Positions 1 to 8,739 of a stretch of DNA of 64,000 nt are shown here, piece after piece. Origin of the DNA: a virus; the IMG/VR virus record IMGVR_UViG_3300020445_001256, positions 1 to 64,000 of that record, one strand, 5' to 3'. Numbering within the stretch: the stretch's first letter is position 1; every line of letters begins with the position of its first letter. The notes under the pieces were generated by a model. The model was not told the DNA's origin. It did no database searches and saw only the letters and a list, made by a program, of their open reading frames with translations. A program made the translations under genes and the position numbers.

Positions 1-2
1 AA

Positions 3-1361
3 ATAGAATATCGTATTACTATTCATAGAGATGGTAAAAGGATAGAAAATGCTGAAGGTGCATTTAACTTTAAGACCTTTTGTTCAGGATGGGAAATACG
101 GGAAGATTTTGCATTAGCAACAATGGAAGCATCCTTCATGTTTGAAGATAATGCTGGTTTAATTGCTGTATTAAGTGGTGCAGAAGAAATTAGATTACAA
201 GCATCAACTTCTACTTTAAATAGAGTTTATAAATTTAGAGTTTGTAGAGTTCATTCTCGTACTAGAGCAGCACAAACTACAGATTTCTTTATAGTTGACT
301 GTGTTAGTGATGAGTTTGTGAGGAATGAAGGTCTATCTGTTTTTGGTAATTCTGATGTTTTATTCAAGAAAACTAGAACAGCAGAATCTATGGTTGATAC
401 TTTAATCAGAAGTGATAGGTTCCTTAATACAAATAAGAATGTTTATCTAGAAGAAACAGTTAATAAGCATTCATTTGTTGCAGTTAATTGGAGACCATTG
501 GATACAATATACTGGATTGCCAAACGTAGTATAAGGAAGTCAAAGTTATCTGGTGGATTACAAAATGGATTTACTTTTTATGAGAATGCTTTAGGTTATC
601 ATTTTAAATCTATTGATAGATTGATTGATGATATTAATAATCAACCAAGAAGTGAAAAAACTAATTTTATCACAGGTGTACCTAGATTATACACATATTC
701 ATATAGTCCTAAAGGAATGGATGATGAAGTGATGGATCCTTATACTTTCCGTGGTGTTGCTTTTCCTGAAGAAAAGAATGTTTTAAGAAGTATGAGGCAT
801 GGTGCATGGTCTGGATATACTGTTGGATTTGACCCAGTTAATATTTCATCTTCTAAGATGGGATTAAGTAAAGATACAACAACTGATGATACTAAGTATA
901 ATATTGAAGATGTATGGTCTAAGATGTCACACCTTAATGGTAAGATGACTGTTGATCCTATTACACAAATGGATGTTAGCGTTCAAGAACAAGTGTTGAA
1001 ACCTAGAAGAGTTCGATATACAATGTTACCGAACCAAGCATTTGATCCTAAATTCAGTAACAATGCTCAACCAAATTATCAGCAATTAGCTGATTTAGAA
1101 GCATATCAATATATGAGGATAGAAACCCTTAGCAATACTCAACTTAGAGTAAATGTACCAGGTAATCTTGATTTATATGCTGGTTGTGGGGTTGAAGTTG
1201 CTTTACCTGGAACTTTTAGAATCGGACAAAAGGTTCAATTAGATAAAAGGTATAGTGGTAAATACCTTATCCATAAGGTAACTCATCAGACTGCTGCTGA
1301 TAACACCACATTTAATACTACCCTGACATTACTCAAAGACTCTATTATTAGAGATAAATAG
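3..1361 (+). CDS. Baseplate hub protein, gp27/VgrG/gpD-like (5' end outside window)
   Basis: The frame is open from position 3, upstream of the ATG at 123. The C-terminus 'VNVPGNLDLYAG..VEV..SGKYLIHKVTH..TTLTL.KD' is typical of the gp27/gpD hub fold, and gp5 lies nearby. Confidence 0.65.
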   Translation: MEYRITIHRDGKRIENAEGAFNFKTFCSGWEIREDFALATMEASFMFEDNAGLIAVLSGAEEIRLQASTSTLNRVYKFRVCRVHSRTRAAQTTDFFIVDCVSDEFVRNEGLSVFGNSDVLFKKTRTAESMVDTLIRSDRFLNTNKNVYLEETVNKHSFVAVNWRPLDTIYWIAKRSIRKSKLSGGLQNGFTFYENALGYHFKSIDRLIDDINNQPRSEKTNFITGVPRLYTYSYSPKGMDDEVMDPYTFRGVAFPEEKNVLRSMRHGAWSGYTVGFDPVNISSSKMGLSKDTTTDDTKYNIEDVWSKMSHLNGKMTVDPITQMDVSVQEQVLKPRRVRYTMLPNQAFDPKFSNNAQPNYQQLADLEAYQYMRIETLSNTQLRVNVPGNLDLYAGCGVEVALPGTFRIGQKVQLDKRYSGKYLIHKVTHQTAADNTTFNTTLTLLKDSIIRDK

Positions 1362-1391
1362 TAATGACGTACCGTAAGGAGTCTTTAAATC

Positions 1392-1619
1392 ATGAAAACT
1401 ATAGAACAACACATCGAAGCGGATAGAGCAATCCTTGACGATCCCCAAACTAATCCTGCTGCACGTAGGCATTATAAAGAAGAATTACATGAACTAGAAG
1501 TTTATGAATCTCATCATCATGATGAGATAGTAGCTGGAGATCATCACGATCCTAATGCATTAGAATTATTCTGTGAAATGCATCCTGATGAACCAGAATG
1601 TTTAGTATATGACGATTGA
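1392..1619 (+). CDS. cp12: CP12 Calvin-cycle inhibitor (auxiliary metabolic gene)
   Basis: C-terminal signature 'LELFCEMHPDEPECLVYDD'; ATAAATA late-type promoter at 1354-1360. Confidence 0.93.
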   Translation: MKTIEQHIEADRAILDDPQTNPAARRHYKEELHELEVYESHHHDEIVAGDHHDPNALELFCEMHPDEPECLVYDD

Positions 1620-2055
1620 TGACTATTTGTTAGGTCATTGGTCGAATAGACAACAAGCACAATCAAACCCTCACTCCTTTGCTCAGACAGAGATTATCTG
1701 GGAAAAGGAGGATGGATGGTATAAATCAAAAAATTTTTATCGTGTAGATGGTCCCGAAAAACCTTATAGACAGAAAAGACATAAGATAAGAGTCTTGGAA
1801 GATAAGGTGATTATGGAGAACTATCGCTTAGACTTGACAAGGAATGAAGAATGTGATATGTTATTCCTCTTTGAGGGTGATTCTTGGCATGGCAAATTGG
1901 ATAGTGAACGATGCAGGGGAGAAAGAGGAAACCGTATCGTTTCAGAAATTCATTTGTATGGTGACAAACTCCATTGTAAGGATCAGGGATTTGACTCCAA
2001 CAACAACGTTGTATGGGGGTCTCCTTATTTGTACCGTTTTATTAGGGTAAGTTAA
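1609..2055 (+). CDS. cpeT: CpeT/CpcT-type phycobiliprotein lyase
   Basis: Motifs 'GHWSNRQQAQSNP', 'PYRQ', 'CDMLF' and 'DQGFD....VWGS...YRF' of T-type lyases. Confidence 0.88.
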   Translation: MTIDDYLLGHWSNRQQAQSNPHSFAQTEIIWEKEDGWYKSKNFYRVDGPEKPYRQKRHKIRVLEDKVIMENYRLDLTRNEECDMLFLFEGDSWHGKLDSERCRGERGNRIVSEIHLYGDKLHCKDQGFDSNNNVVWGSPYLYRFIRVS

Positions 2056-2157
2056 GGAAATATAAGGACAACCTTTAGATATGACCAAAAGTAGCTAGAA
2101 ATACTTGCTTTTCCTGACATTCTATTATAAAATAGTCTGAAGCATCAAATCGAATCA

Positions 2158-2337
2158 ATGACTTACAAGCACCCTGAGAGAGTTTTGGAGAAACTCACTG
2201 ATGAGGAATGGGTAGAAATGATTGCTATCAAGCAGGCCATAGCAGAAAATCCTTCATCAGTTCATCCGAGAAAAATGGAATACTTTACCGAACTACTAGT
2301 CCGTTCGGATACCATTTATACAAGGAGAGTATCATGA
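2158..2337 (+). CDS. Small hypothetical protein (59 aa, below ORF-track cutoff)
   Basis: Hand translation MTYKHPERVLEKLTDEEWVEMIAIKQAIAENPSSVHP...; sigma70-like TTGCTT-17-TAAAAT upstream at 2105-2133. Confidence 0.6.
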   Translation: MTYKHPERVLEKLTDEEWVEMIAIKQAIAENPSSVHPRKMEYFTELLVRSDTIYTRRVS

Positions 2338-2492
2338 GTGGGGATACAGGAATAGAAGAGCAACCACTTGTTTTTTATTCCAATGAAATGACCGAAGCTA
2401 AGAGAATTTTAATTAATAAGCATCGGATGTTAAAAATTAGTGGAGTTTATGTAAAAGAAAGGTGGAGAACAGGTAGTCCTATGCAGGGATAA
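2334..2492 (+). CDS. Small hypothetical protein
   Basis: The ATG at 2334 overlaps the previous stop (ATGA) and has an AGGAG SD, so it is a better start than 2208. Confidence 0.55.
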   Translation: MSGDTGIEEQPLVFYSNEMTEAKRILINKHRMLKISGVYVKERWRTGSPMQG

Positions 2493-2514
2493 ATAATAAA
2501 AAAGCCTGACGGAA

Positions 2515-4827
2515 ATGAAGCTTGTTGATGGAATTGTTAATGAGAACGGTACGTCCTTTGTAGGGAAGGACGGTTTCTTTTGGTGGGTAGGAGAAGTTGA
2601 AGACAATGAAGACCCTATGGAATTGGGTCGTGTAAAAGTTCGTGTTCTTGGATACTATACCAGTTTTGATGGTGGTACTACTTCAGATCTACCTACAACT
2701 GGATTGCCTTGGGCAACAGTATTACAGCATACTTCTCAAGCAGGAAATAATGGTCAAGGTGAAAGTTCAGGACAATTACAACCTGGAGCAATAGTTTTAG
2801 GATTCTTTTTAGATGGTGAGATGGCACAGATGCCTATGGTATTGGGTGTCATGCGTGTTAATAAGTCAGAAATTACCAAAAATCAATCTTCCTTTGCATT
2901 TACAGATCAGGATATAGTTCCTGGAACCTCTATTAATAATTCTGCTGTTCATCCCGCAGAAAGAAATACTATTAATCCTACTGCACCATTAAGGCAGTCG
3001 GATAATAATTCTGTTGCAATACCTGGAAATAAATTAAGTAATATTGGTGGTAGTGGATCACCTAAGAATGTTGGATTGGGTATATTAGGTGGAACAACTA
3101 ATCCTATTAAACCTTCCACACCCACTAAACTTATACCTGCTGCTCATGGTGTTGGTGGTCCTTGGAAGACATTAGAATATAAATTATCATATTTAATAGA
3201 AGATCTTGCTAATACCTCAGCAAATTTAGTTAAGATTGACAAAGATACTTACTTAGATATTGTTATTGGTTCTTATATTAAGAAATCCGATTTAACTAAA
3301 AAGATTGATGACTACTTGAATGTTATATTCACTCAAGTAATATCTGCTATGCGTCAATCCTTAGCAAATCTAGCAACTAATTTGAAGGTTGATAATATTC
3401 TGAAGAACTCTTCGGGATTACCATTTGCTGCATATAATGTTATTCAACCAGAGGTTACTAAGATATTAACTTCATTGTGTGCTTTAGATGCTAACATTGC
3501 TACGTACAAAGCAGCACCAATGTCAACGATTAATACCTATCTGGATAGTTTCCTAGCAGGTGTTGATGATAAACCAACTTTAGTTAAGAAGACAGTTAAT
3601 ACTGTTGTTGCAGATATTGTTAAAGATTCAGCGAAGATCATAACTGGTGTTGGTGATATTGCTAAGAGTGTTAAGACAACTGTTAGTGGTATTGGAGAAG
3701 CAACTAAGATTATTGATGAGTGGGAGAAAGGAAGTGGGATATATGAATTAAATACAAATCTCTTTGAAACAGTAAATACAAATCTTACTGGGTTGATGAA
3801 ACTACTGACCAAATTTACAAGTAGTAACTGTAATAGGTCTTCAGCGACAACATCGTCCGTTGGGTGGTATCCTTTATATGGTATTACTACTACAGTGAAG
3901 GATGTGTATGGTACTATGTTTGATCAGGCAGATCCATATCTTACTTCTTCTAAGAACCATATTAATGGTTCATATGAATTATATCTTGGAACACCTGGTC
4001 GTCAGGGTGAAGTCCATAAGAAATCAAATGGAACAACTCATACATCAATTGCTTTTAATGATGCTCATTATTATGAGAAGAAGATTAGAGATGATTTAAG
4101 AAGTCAAATACCAGAGGAAGAGTATGCTGCTATTAGTTCTGATGTTATTGAAGCAAAAGTAAAAGAATATGTTGATAAGAATACTAATAATAAAGGGGAT
4201 ATTGGTGGTTTAATTGCAGATCATGTTTCTTATGCTGGAGCATTAACTCAAGAAGTTCATGGTGATGATTGTAAATTGGTTAATGGTTCTTATGTTAGGA
4301 CTATTGACGGTGACTATCATTTAAAGATAACTGGTAACTGTCATATAGAAGTTGGTGGAGGTTTCTTCCTTAGTGCTGAAGGTGCTGGATCTACTACACC
4401 ACAGAAGAATACTATTAAATTTGGATCTGATACTGATATGAATGTTGTTGGTGCTAAGTTTGAATTACAAGGTGCAGAGTGTAATGTGGCATCTATTTCT
4501 ACTAAGATAACAGGACATTTATTTGAGAATTCTTCTTATCAACAGACTATGAGTGCGGTAGAACTATCACTTACTGCTGATAATTCAATTGAAATGGTAA
4601 CACCTCATTTATTACAACTAATCAATATTGAAGAAAATGCAACACCTAAGAAACTGACTGGTATCCGTACCATTGTTTCTGGTGGGTGGGATACTCAGAT
4701 CAATCCATCAGATGTTAAGGGATATAGAATTTCCTTGACTTCTACACGATCTTCCTATAACCTGCCAGTGACGGACAATCTATTTACTGTCACAGTGGCA
4801 GACGCAGTTCGGTTGACAACCGCATAG
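2515..4827 (+). CDS. gp5: Baseplate central spike / hub, T4 gp5-like (OB-fold plus C-terminal beta-helix, no recognisable lysozyme domain)
   Basis: N-terminal 'FFWWVGEVEDNEDPMELGRVKVRVLG..LPWA..GFFLDGEMAQMPMVLG' and the C-terminal 'VHGD..VNGS..IDGD..ITGN' repeats. Confidence 0.85.
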   Translation: MKLVDGIVNENGTSFVGKDGFFWWVGEVEDNEDPMELGRVKVRVLGYYTSFDGGTTSDLPTTGLPWATVLQHTSQAGNNGQGESSGQLQPGAIVLGFFLDGEMAQMPMVLGVMRVNKSEITKNQSSFAFTDQDIVPGTSINNSAVHPAERNTINPTAPLRQSDNNSVAIPGNKLSNIGGSGSPKNVGLGILGGTTNPIKPSTPTKLIPAAHGVGGPWKTLEYKLSYLIEDLANTSANLVKIDKDTYLDIVIGSYIKKSDLTKKIDDYLNVIFTQVISAMRQSLANLATNLKVDNILKNSSGLPFAAYNVIQPEVTKILTSLCALDANIATYKAAPMSTINTYLDSFLAGVDDKPTLVKKTVNTVVADIVKDSAKIITGVGDIAKSVKTTVSGIGEATKIIDEWEKGSGIYELNTNLFETVNTNLTGLMKLLTKFTSSNCNRSSATTSSVGWYPLYGITTTVKDVYGTMFDQADPYLTSSKNHINGSYELYLGTPGRQGEVHKKSNGTTHTSIAFNDAHYYEKKIRDDLRSQIPEEEYAAISSDVIEAKVKEYVDKNTNNKGDIGGLIADHVSYAGALTQEVHGDDCKLVNGSYVRTIDGDYHLKITGNCHIEVGGGFFLSAEGAGSTTPQKNTIKFGSDTDMNVVGAKFELQGAECNVASISTKITGHLFENSSYQQTMSAVELSLTADNSIEMVTPHLLQLINIEENATPKKLTGIRTIVSGGWDTQINPSDVKGYRISLTSTRSSYNLPVTDNLFTVTVADAVRLTTA

Positions 4828-4841
4828 GACTCTGCTATACT
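4772..4841 (+). promoter_or_regulatory. Palindromic 7-8-7 motif plus sigma70 promoter within the 3' end of gp5
   Basis: CGGACAA-N8-CTGTCAC (4772-4793); TTGACA(4813)-17-TATACT(4836). Confidence 0.7.
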
Positions 4842-4866
4842 ATGAAAGTAAACAACGAGGCATACC

Positions 4867-5076
4867 ATGTCTAACGCATTAAAAGGAGCACCATCTGAGG
4901 TTCTTGAGCATGTATTCGTAAACCTATCTAAAAGACAGGTTACCTTGCTAGACGAAGAGGGTTACACACAAGATGTGAACTTTAAGTTTGATGATGAGGG
5001 AGCAGAAGGATTCGCTGAGGTAGTTTCTACTCTCAATGAGAATCTAACAGAAGAAACATTGACAATATATGACTGA
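4867..5076 (+). CDS. Hypothetical acidic protein
   Basis: ORF with GAGG SD directly after the promoter. Confidence 0.7.
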   Translation: MSNALKGAPSEVLEHVFVNLSKRQVTLLDEEGYTQDVNFKFDDEGAEGFAEVVSTLNENLTEETLTIYD

Positions 5077-5314
5077 TATTCAAGATATAACAGAAGAGGA
5101 GGCAGTTTCAAACCTGCCTTTTCTTTTGGCTATGACTCAAAGAAATCGTACTGTTTGGAGAATTAAAAGTCCTAACGGTGCGATTGCTTTACTATCACCA
5201 GTTTTACAATCTGGACCTCCTGTAGATAAGGAAGTCTTGGAGACTGTTGAGGACTTCAGGAAAGGTTTTATGGAGAACACTCCTGAAGATGCAAAAGTTG
5301 ACACTACGGCATAA
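5069..5314 (+). CDS. Phd/YefM-like small protein (putative)
   Basis: 'ITEEEAVSNLPFLLAMTQRNRTVWRIKSPNGAIALLSP' follows the Phd/YefM beta-alpha-alpha-beta-beta pattern (judged by eye). Confidence 0.45.
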   Translation: MTDIQDITEEEAVSNLPFLLAMTQRNRTVWRIKSPNGAIALLSPVLQSGPPVDKEVLETVEDFRKGFMENTPEDAKVDTTA

Positions 5315-5326
5315 ATATCTTATAAT
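5298..5326 (+). promoter_or_regulatory. Consensus sigma70 promoter with an embedded ATAAATA late element
   Basis: TTGACA(5298)-17-TATAAT(5321); ATAAATA at 5311-5317. Confidence 0.75.
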
Positions 5327-5349
5327 ATGCTAGTGAACGAGGCAGACCA

Positions 5350-5484
5350 ATGCGTCTTAAACGCCATGAAACTCCTAGAAAGCAAGGACGCAACTTAAAA
5401 TCTAAGTTAGCGTCTGCTCGTTTGCGTCAACTCAAAAAACAAACCAAGATGTTTATTAAGAAACTCTATGAAAAGGACATTTGA
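5350..5484 (+). CDS. Small highly basic protein (44 aa)
   Basis: Hand translation MRLKRHETPRKQGRNLKSKLASARLRQLKK...; GAGG SD. Confidence 0.55.
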   Translation: MRLKRHETPRKQGRNLKSKLASARLRQLKKQTKMFIKKLYEKDI

Positions 5485-5599
5485 GTCTATAGACAAAAAA
5501 GGTCGTCAAACGACTTGGGAATGGGAGGAAACTCCTGAAGTTCTAGCAGCACTAGAACGATTACACAATGACATTAAGGAGGAAAAATCCAATGACTGA
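5468..5599 (+). CDS. Small hypothetical protein (43 aa)
   Basis: Hand translation MKRTFESIDKKGRQTTWEWEETPEVL...; overlaps both neighbours. Confidence 0.5.
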   Translation: MKRTFESIDKKGRQTTWEWEETPEVLAALERLHNDIKEEKSND

Positions 5600-5834
5600 T
5601 TTGAGAGTAGTTCCATCTATCGATCCTGTAGGAGTGGATAGAAGAGAAAGGTTGTACGAAATTTTTGGGGATTATATTAACGATAAAAACGTTAGTCCCA
5701 ATGAAGCATATGAAGAGTTATTGTCAGAAGTTGAAGGTTGGATTAAATTCCATAGTGATAGTTTAGAGAAAGCGAGTGATCTGTATAATTTACTTTTAAA
5801 TCAACAGAGACAAAAGGTAGGTTTATCAGACTGA
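5592..5834 (+). CDS. Hypothetical protein
   Basis: The ATG at 5592 follows an AAGGAGG SD. Confidence 0.65.
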   Translation: MTDLRVVPSIDPVGVDRRERLYEIFGDYINDKNVSPNEAYEELLSEVEGWIKFHSDSLEKASDLYNLLLNQQRQKVGLSD

Positions 5835-5840
5835 TTCCCT

Positions 5841-5848
5841 TATAAATA
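5841..5848 (+). promoter_or_regulatory. T4-type late promoter
   Basis: Exact TATAAATA before the structural gene block. Confidence 0.8.
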
Positions 5849-5876
5849 GACAAGTAGCCAATAGTGTGATTATTCC

Positions 5877-7208
5877 GTGGGAACTAAAAAGATATCTCAG
5901 TTAGAGACAATATCAGACGCTAATTTGTCGGGAGAAGCGATTCTTCCAGTGGTTGTGTCTGATCCATTGATACCCAATAGAAAAGCAAAAGTAAATCAAT
6001 TATTCAAAGGAGTTGCTCAGGGAACCAAAGCGTCCCCTGGTCTCTCCTTTGACCTTGATAGGGACAGTGGATTGTACCAATCAGCATATGACCAATTAGG
6101 TATTGCGTTTGGTGATGGTGGATTCTATATGTCTAGAATCGTCAATAGTGCAACGAGTACATCATTGTATATTGCTGCTGTTGATGATGTGGCAGATAAT
6201 GCTGATATAGTATTCTCACCAAAAGGATCTGGATCTGTTAAAGTAACAGGACAATTTGAAATTGATGACTCAGCATTTGTTTTGACAGATGCACAAGGTC
6301 CGAAAGCAAGATTTGAAGTAAGTAACGTAGGAACTGGAACGGCTACAAGAATTTTCACATTCCCCGCAATTACTTCTGGTAATGGAACAACAGTTGTTGG
6401 ATCGGATACTACACAAACTTTAACTAATAAGACTATCCTTATTGATGAGGATAATTTTGTTATAACTGATAATACTGAGGAAGCAATATTTCAGATTAAT
6501 TGGGCAATCACTTCTGGCACTAGGAGATCATATTTCTTACCTGATGCTGGTACAGTAACTACAACTTCTGAACCAACTGCAACTGTATCTACATTACTTG
6601 ATACAAAAGCAGAGCAAACTACTTTAAATAAGACTCTTGTTAGTCCTAAGTTTGCTGCAACTGCTGACTCTACGTTTAAGGCAACAGTTGATGCTTCTGC
6701 TCTGACTGCAAATAGAAATATTACACTTCCTGATACCAATGTTACTGTCGTAGGAACTGATTCAACTCAGATTTTAGAAAACAAAACAATTAAAAATTTA
6801 ATTCTTGCTGATGATACAGATGTCACTAAGAAATTAAACTTTGATTTATCTAATCTTAACACAACTACTAATAGACAATTAACTTTCCCTGATACTAATA
6901 ACCTAAATACTACTGCTAGTGAAAGTAACGAAATTACTCTTGCTAAAGCAACTCAAACTTTAGAGAATAAGTTTTTAGTTAATTCAGGTTTCCAAAAACC
7001 TGCAGCAGGTGGTGGACAACAATCTAAAGTTACTATAGATACTAGTAATATAACTGCTGATAGGAGTATTAAGTTCCCAGATGCAGATGCTACACTACTA
7101 TCAACACAAAACGTTGCTCTTGAAGATGTCACCTTTGGTGCTGGTATTGGAGCTAACAACCTAACGGGGCAAACTCGTTTACAACAATTCTTTTACGCAG
7201 GATTCTAA
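5877..7208 (+). CDS. Virion structural / fibre protein with internal repeats
   Basis: GTG start; Thr-rich repeats 'R.ITLPD...TVVGTD.TQTL.NKT'; follows a late promoter. Confidence 0.7.
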   Translation: MGTKKISQLETISDANLSGEAILPVVVSDPLIPNRKAKVNQLFKGVAQGTKASPGLSFDLDRDSGLYQSAYDQLGIAFGDGGFYMSRIVNSATSTSLYIAAVDDVADNADIVFSPKGSGSVKVTGQFEIDDSAFVLTDAQGPKARFEVSNVGTGTATRIFTFPAITSGNGTTVVGSDTTQTLTNKTILIDEDNFVITDNTEEAIFQINWAITSGTRRSYFLPDAGTVTTTSEPTATVSTLLDTKAEQTTLNKTLVSPKFAATADSTFKATVDASALTANRNITLPDTNVTVVGTDSTQILENKTIKNLILADDTDVTKKLNFDLSNLNTTTNRQLTFPDTNNLNTTASESNEITLAKATQTLENKFLVNSGFQKPAAGGGQQSKVTIDTSNITADRSIKFPDADATLLSTQNVALEDVTFGAGIGANNLTGQTRLQQFFYAGF

Positions 7209-7217
7209 TTATTCAAA

Positions 7218-8699
7218 ATGGCAGACCAAGGACTTTTAGGACAATCGAAACCAGCGGCCACTACGAATACGATACTGTATTCTGCGCCGATCAACTCATC
7301 AGCTAGTGCGGTACTTAATATCGCAAATGATGGAACTGGAGCAGCATATGATGTTGCAATTAAAGACTATGATCAAGATTTAACACTTGATGCATCGACT
7401 TATAAATTACATCCAGGTGATTTAATCACAAGTTATAGAGTTACATTAAATACAGCATTACCATTATCTGCTGACCTTTTTGCAGGAACGAAACTTACAT
7501 CAACAGATGGTGAGAAAAGTTTTAATTTTGAATCATTTTATGTTCCACCAACTACTGAGATTGATGTTAAGTCAGTTGCAATTAGACAGGTAGCAGTTGA
7601 ATCTGTTACAGGAACTTTTGCTGTTGGTGAAACAATTACAAAAGGAACTGGTGGTAATACTACAACAACTATACTTTACGGTGCTCTTATTGGACAGGGT
7701 GGTGTAACTCTTTATGTTGGACCTTCTACTCTAAACGGATCAGGATCAGAATTTGCTGATGGTGATTCTGTAACATCAACTGGTGGTGCTACTGCAACAA
7801 TATCAACTGGTGGTGTTGGAACAGCAGGTAATGATTTTGTTCTATCAACAAATGGTACATTATTCAACCTGTTCATTAATGATGGTATTTCAGGTAGTGG
7901 TGGTCAAGATATTACAGTATTTGGAGATCGAGTTTATAAGTTTGATGTATCTGATTCATCAATGTCAGGTTTAGACTTTAGTCTATCTACAACTGTCAAT
8001 GGAGAGTGGGGTCCTGATGGAACTGCTGGTAACTCTGATGATGGAACAGAATATACTACTGGTAGAACAACAAGTGGAACTGCTGGATCTGGTGGTGCTT
8101 ATGTTCAATATGACTTTACTGCTAATTCAAGTTTACCAGGTCAGTTATACTTCTATGAAGGAACAACTGGAACTGCTGCTAACTCAGCATATGGTGGAGC
8201 TAATCGTCTATTGAATACTTCTTCATCATATACTTACACAGAATTGTATATCTATGATAAAGAGGGAACATGGGTGAACTCTACTGATGGATTTACTTTT
8301 GGTGGAGCAACTTATACTGTAACTGCTCAAACTGCTGGACCTTATGGATGGGTTCGTAGTTATTCAGGAACAAGTCTTAAGGTAATTTTAGGAACTGGAT
8401 CTGCTGCCTTTGCAGGAACAGATACATTTAGAGATGTTCCTAAATTAAACACTGGAACTCGTACTACTGCAACAGTAAGTAGTGTAACAACTGCTCAAAC
8501 TGCTTTGGCAGGAACTGAATACATCGCTAAAGATGTAACTAATGCAAGTAACGCTGTTGCTAAATTAACATCTATCGTCATTGGACCTGGTGAGAATCTC
8601 ATAGTAGAAAGTGCAACTCAGAATAATGTCTTCAGTCTTATTGGATTTGAAGATGCTTCTACTGCATTTACAACTAGAGTATTTGGTGCTACATCATAA
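7218..8699 (+). CDS. Virion structural protein
   Basis: 493 aa Gly/Thr/Ser-rich beta-strand protein in the late block. Confidence 0.7.
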   Translation: MADQGLLGQSKPAATTNTILYSAPINSSASAVLNIANDGTGAAYDVAIKDYDQDLTLDASTYKLHPGDLITSYRVTLNTALPLSADLFAGTKLTSTDGEKSFNFESFYVPPTTEIDVKSVAIRQVAVESVTGTFAVGETITKGTGGNTTTTILYGALIGQGGVTLYVGPSTLNGSGSEFADGDSVTSTGGATATISTGGVGTAGNDFVLSTNGTLFNLFINDGISGSGGQDITVFGDRVYKFDVSDSSMSGLDFSLSTTVNGEWGPDGTAGNSDDGTEYTTGRTTSGTAGSGGAYVQYDFTANSSLPGQLYFYEGTTGTAANSAYGGANRLLNTSSSYTYTELYIYDKEGTWVNSTDGFTFGGATYTVTAQTAGPYGWVRSYSGTSLKVILGTGSAAFAGTDTFRDVPKLNTGTRTTATVSSVTTAQTALAGTEYIAKDVTNASNAVAKLTSIVIGPGENLIVESATQNNVFSLIGFEDASTAFTTRVFGATS

Positions 8700-8739
8700 A
8701 GCACAGAGATAAATAACCATATAGGAAAGCGAATAGGTA

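Noticed and set aside
2208-2333. Upstream extension of ORF 2208-2492
   Set aside because: It overlaps a better ORF (2158-2337), and the ATG at 2334 has an SD and coupling.
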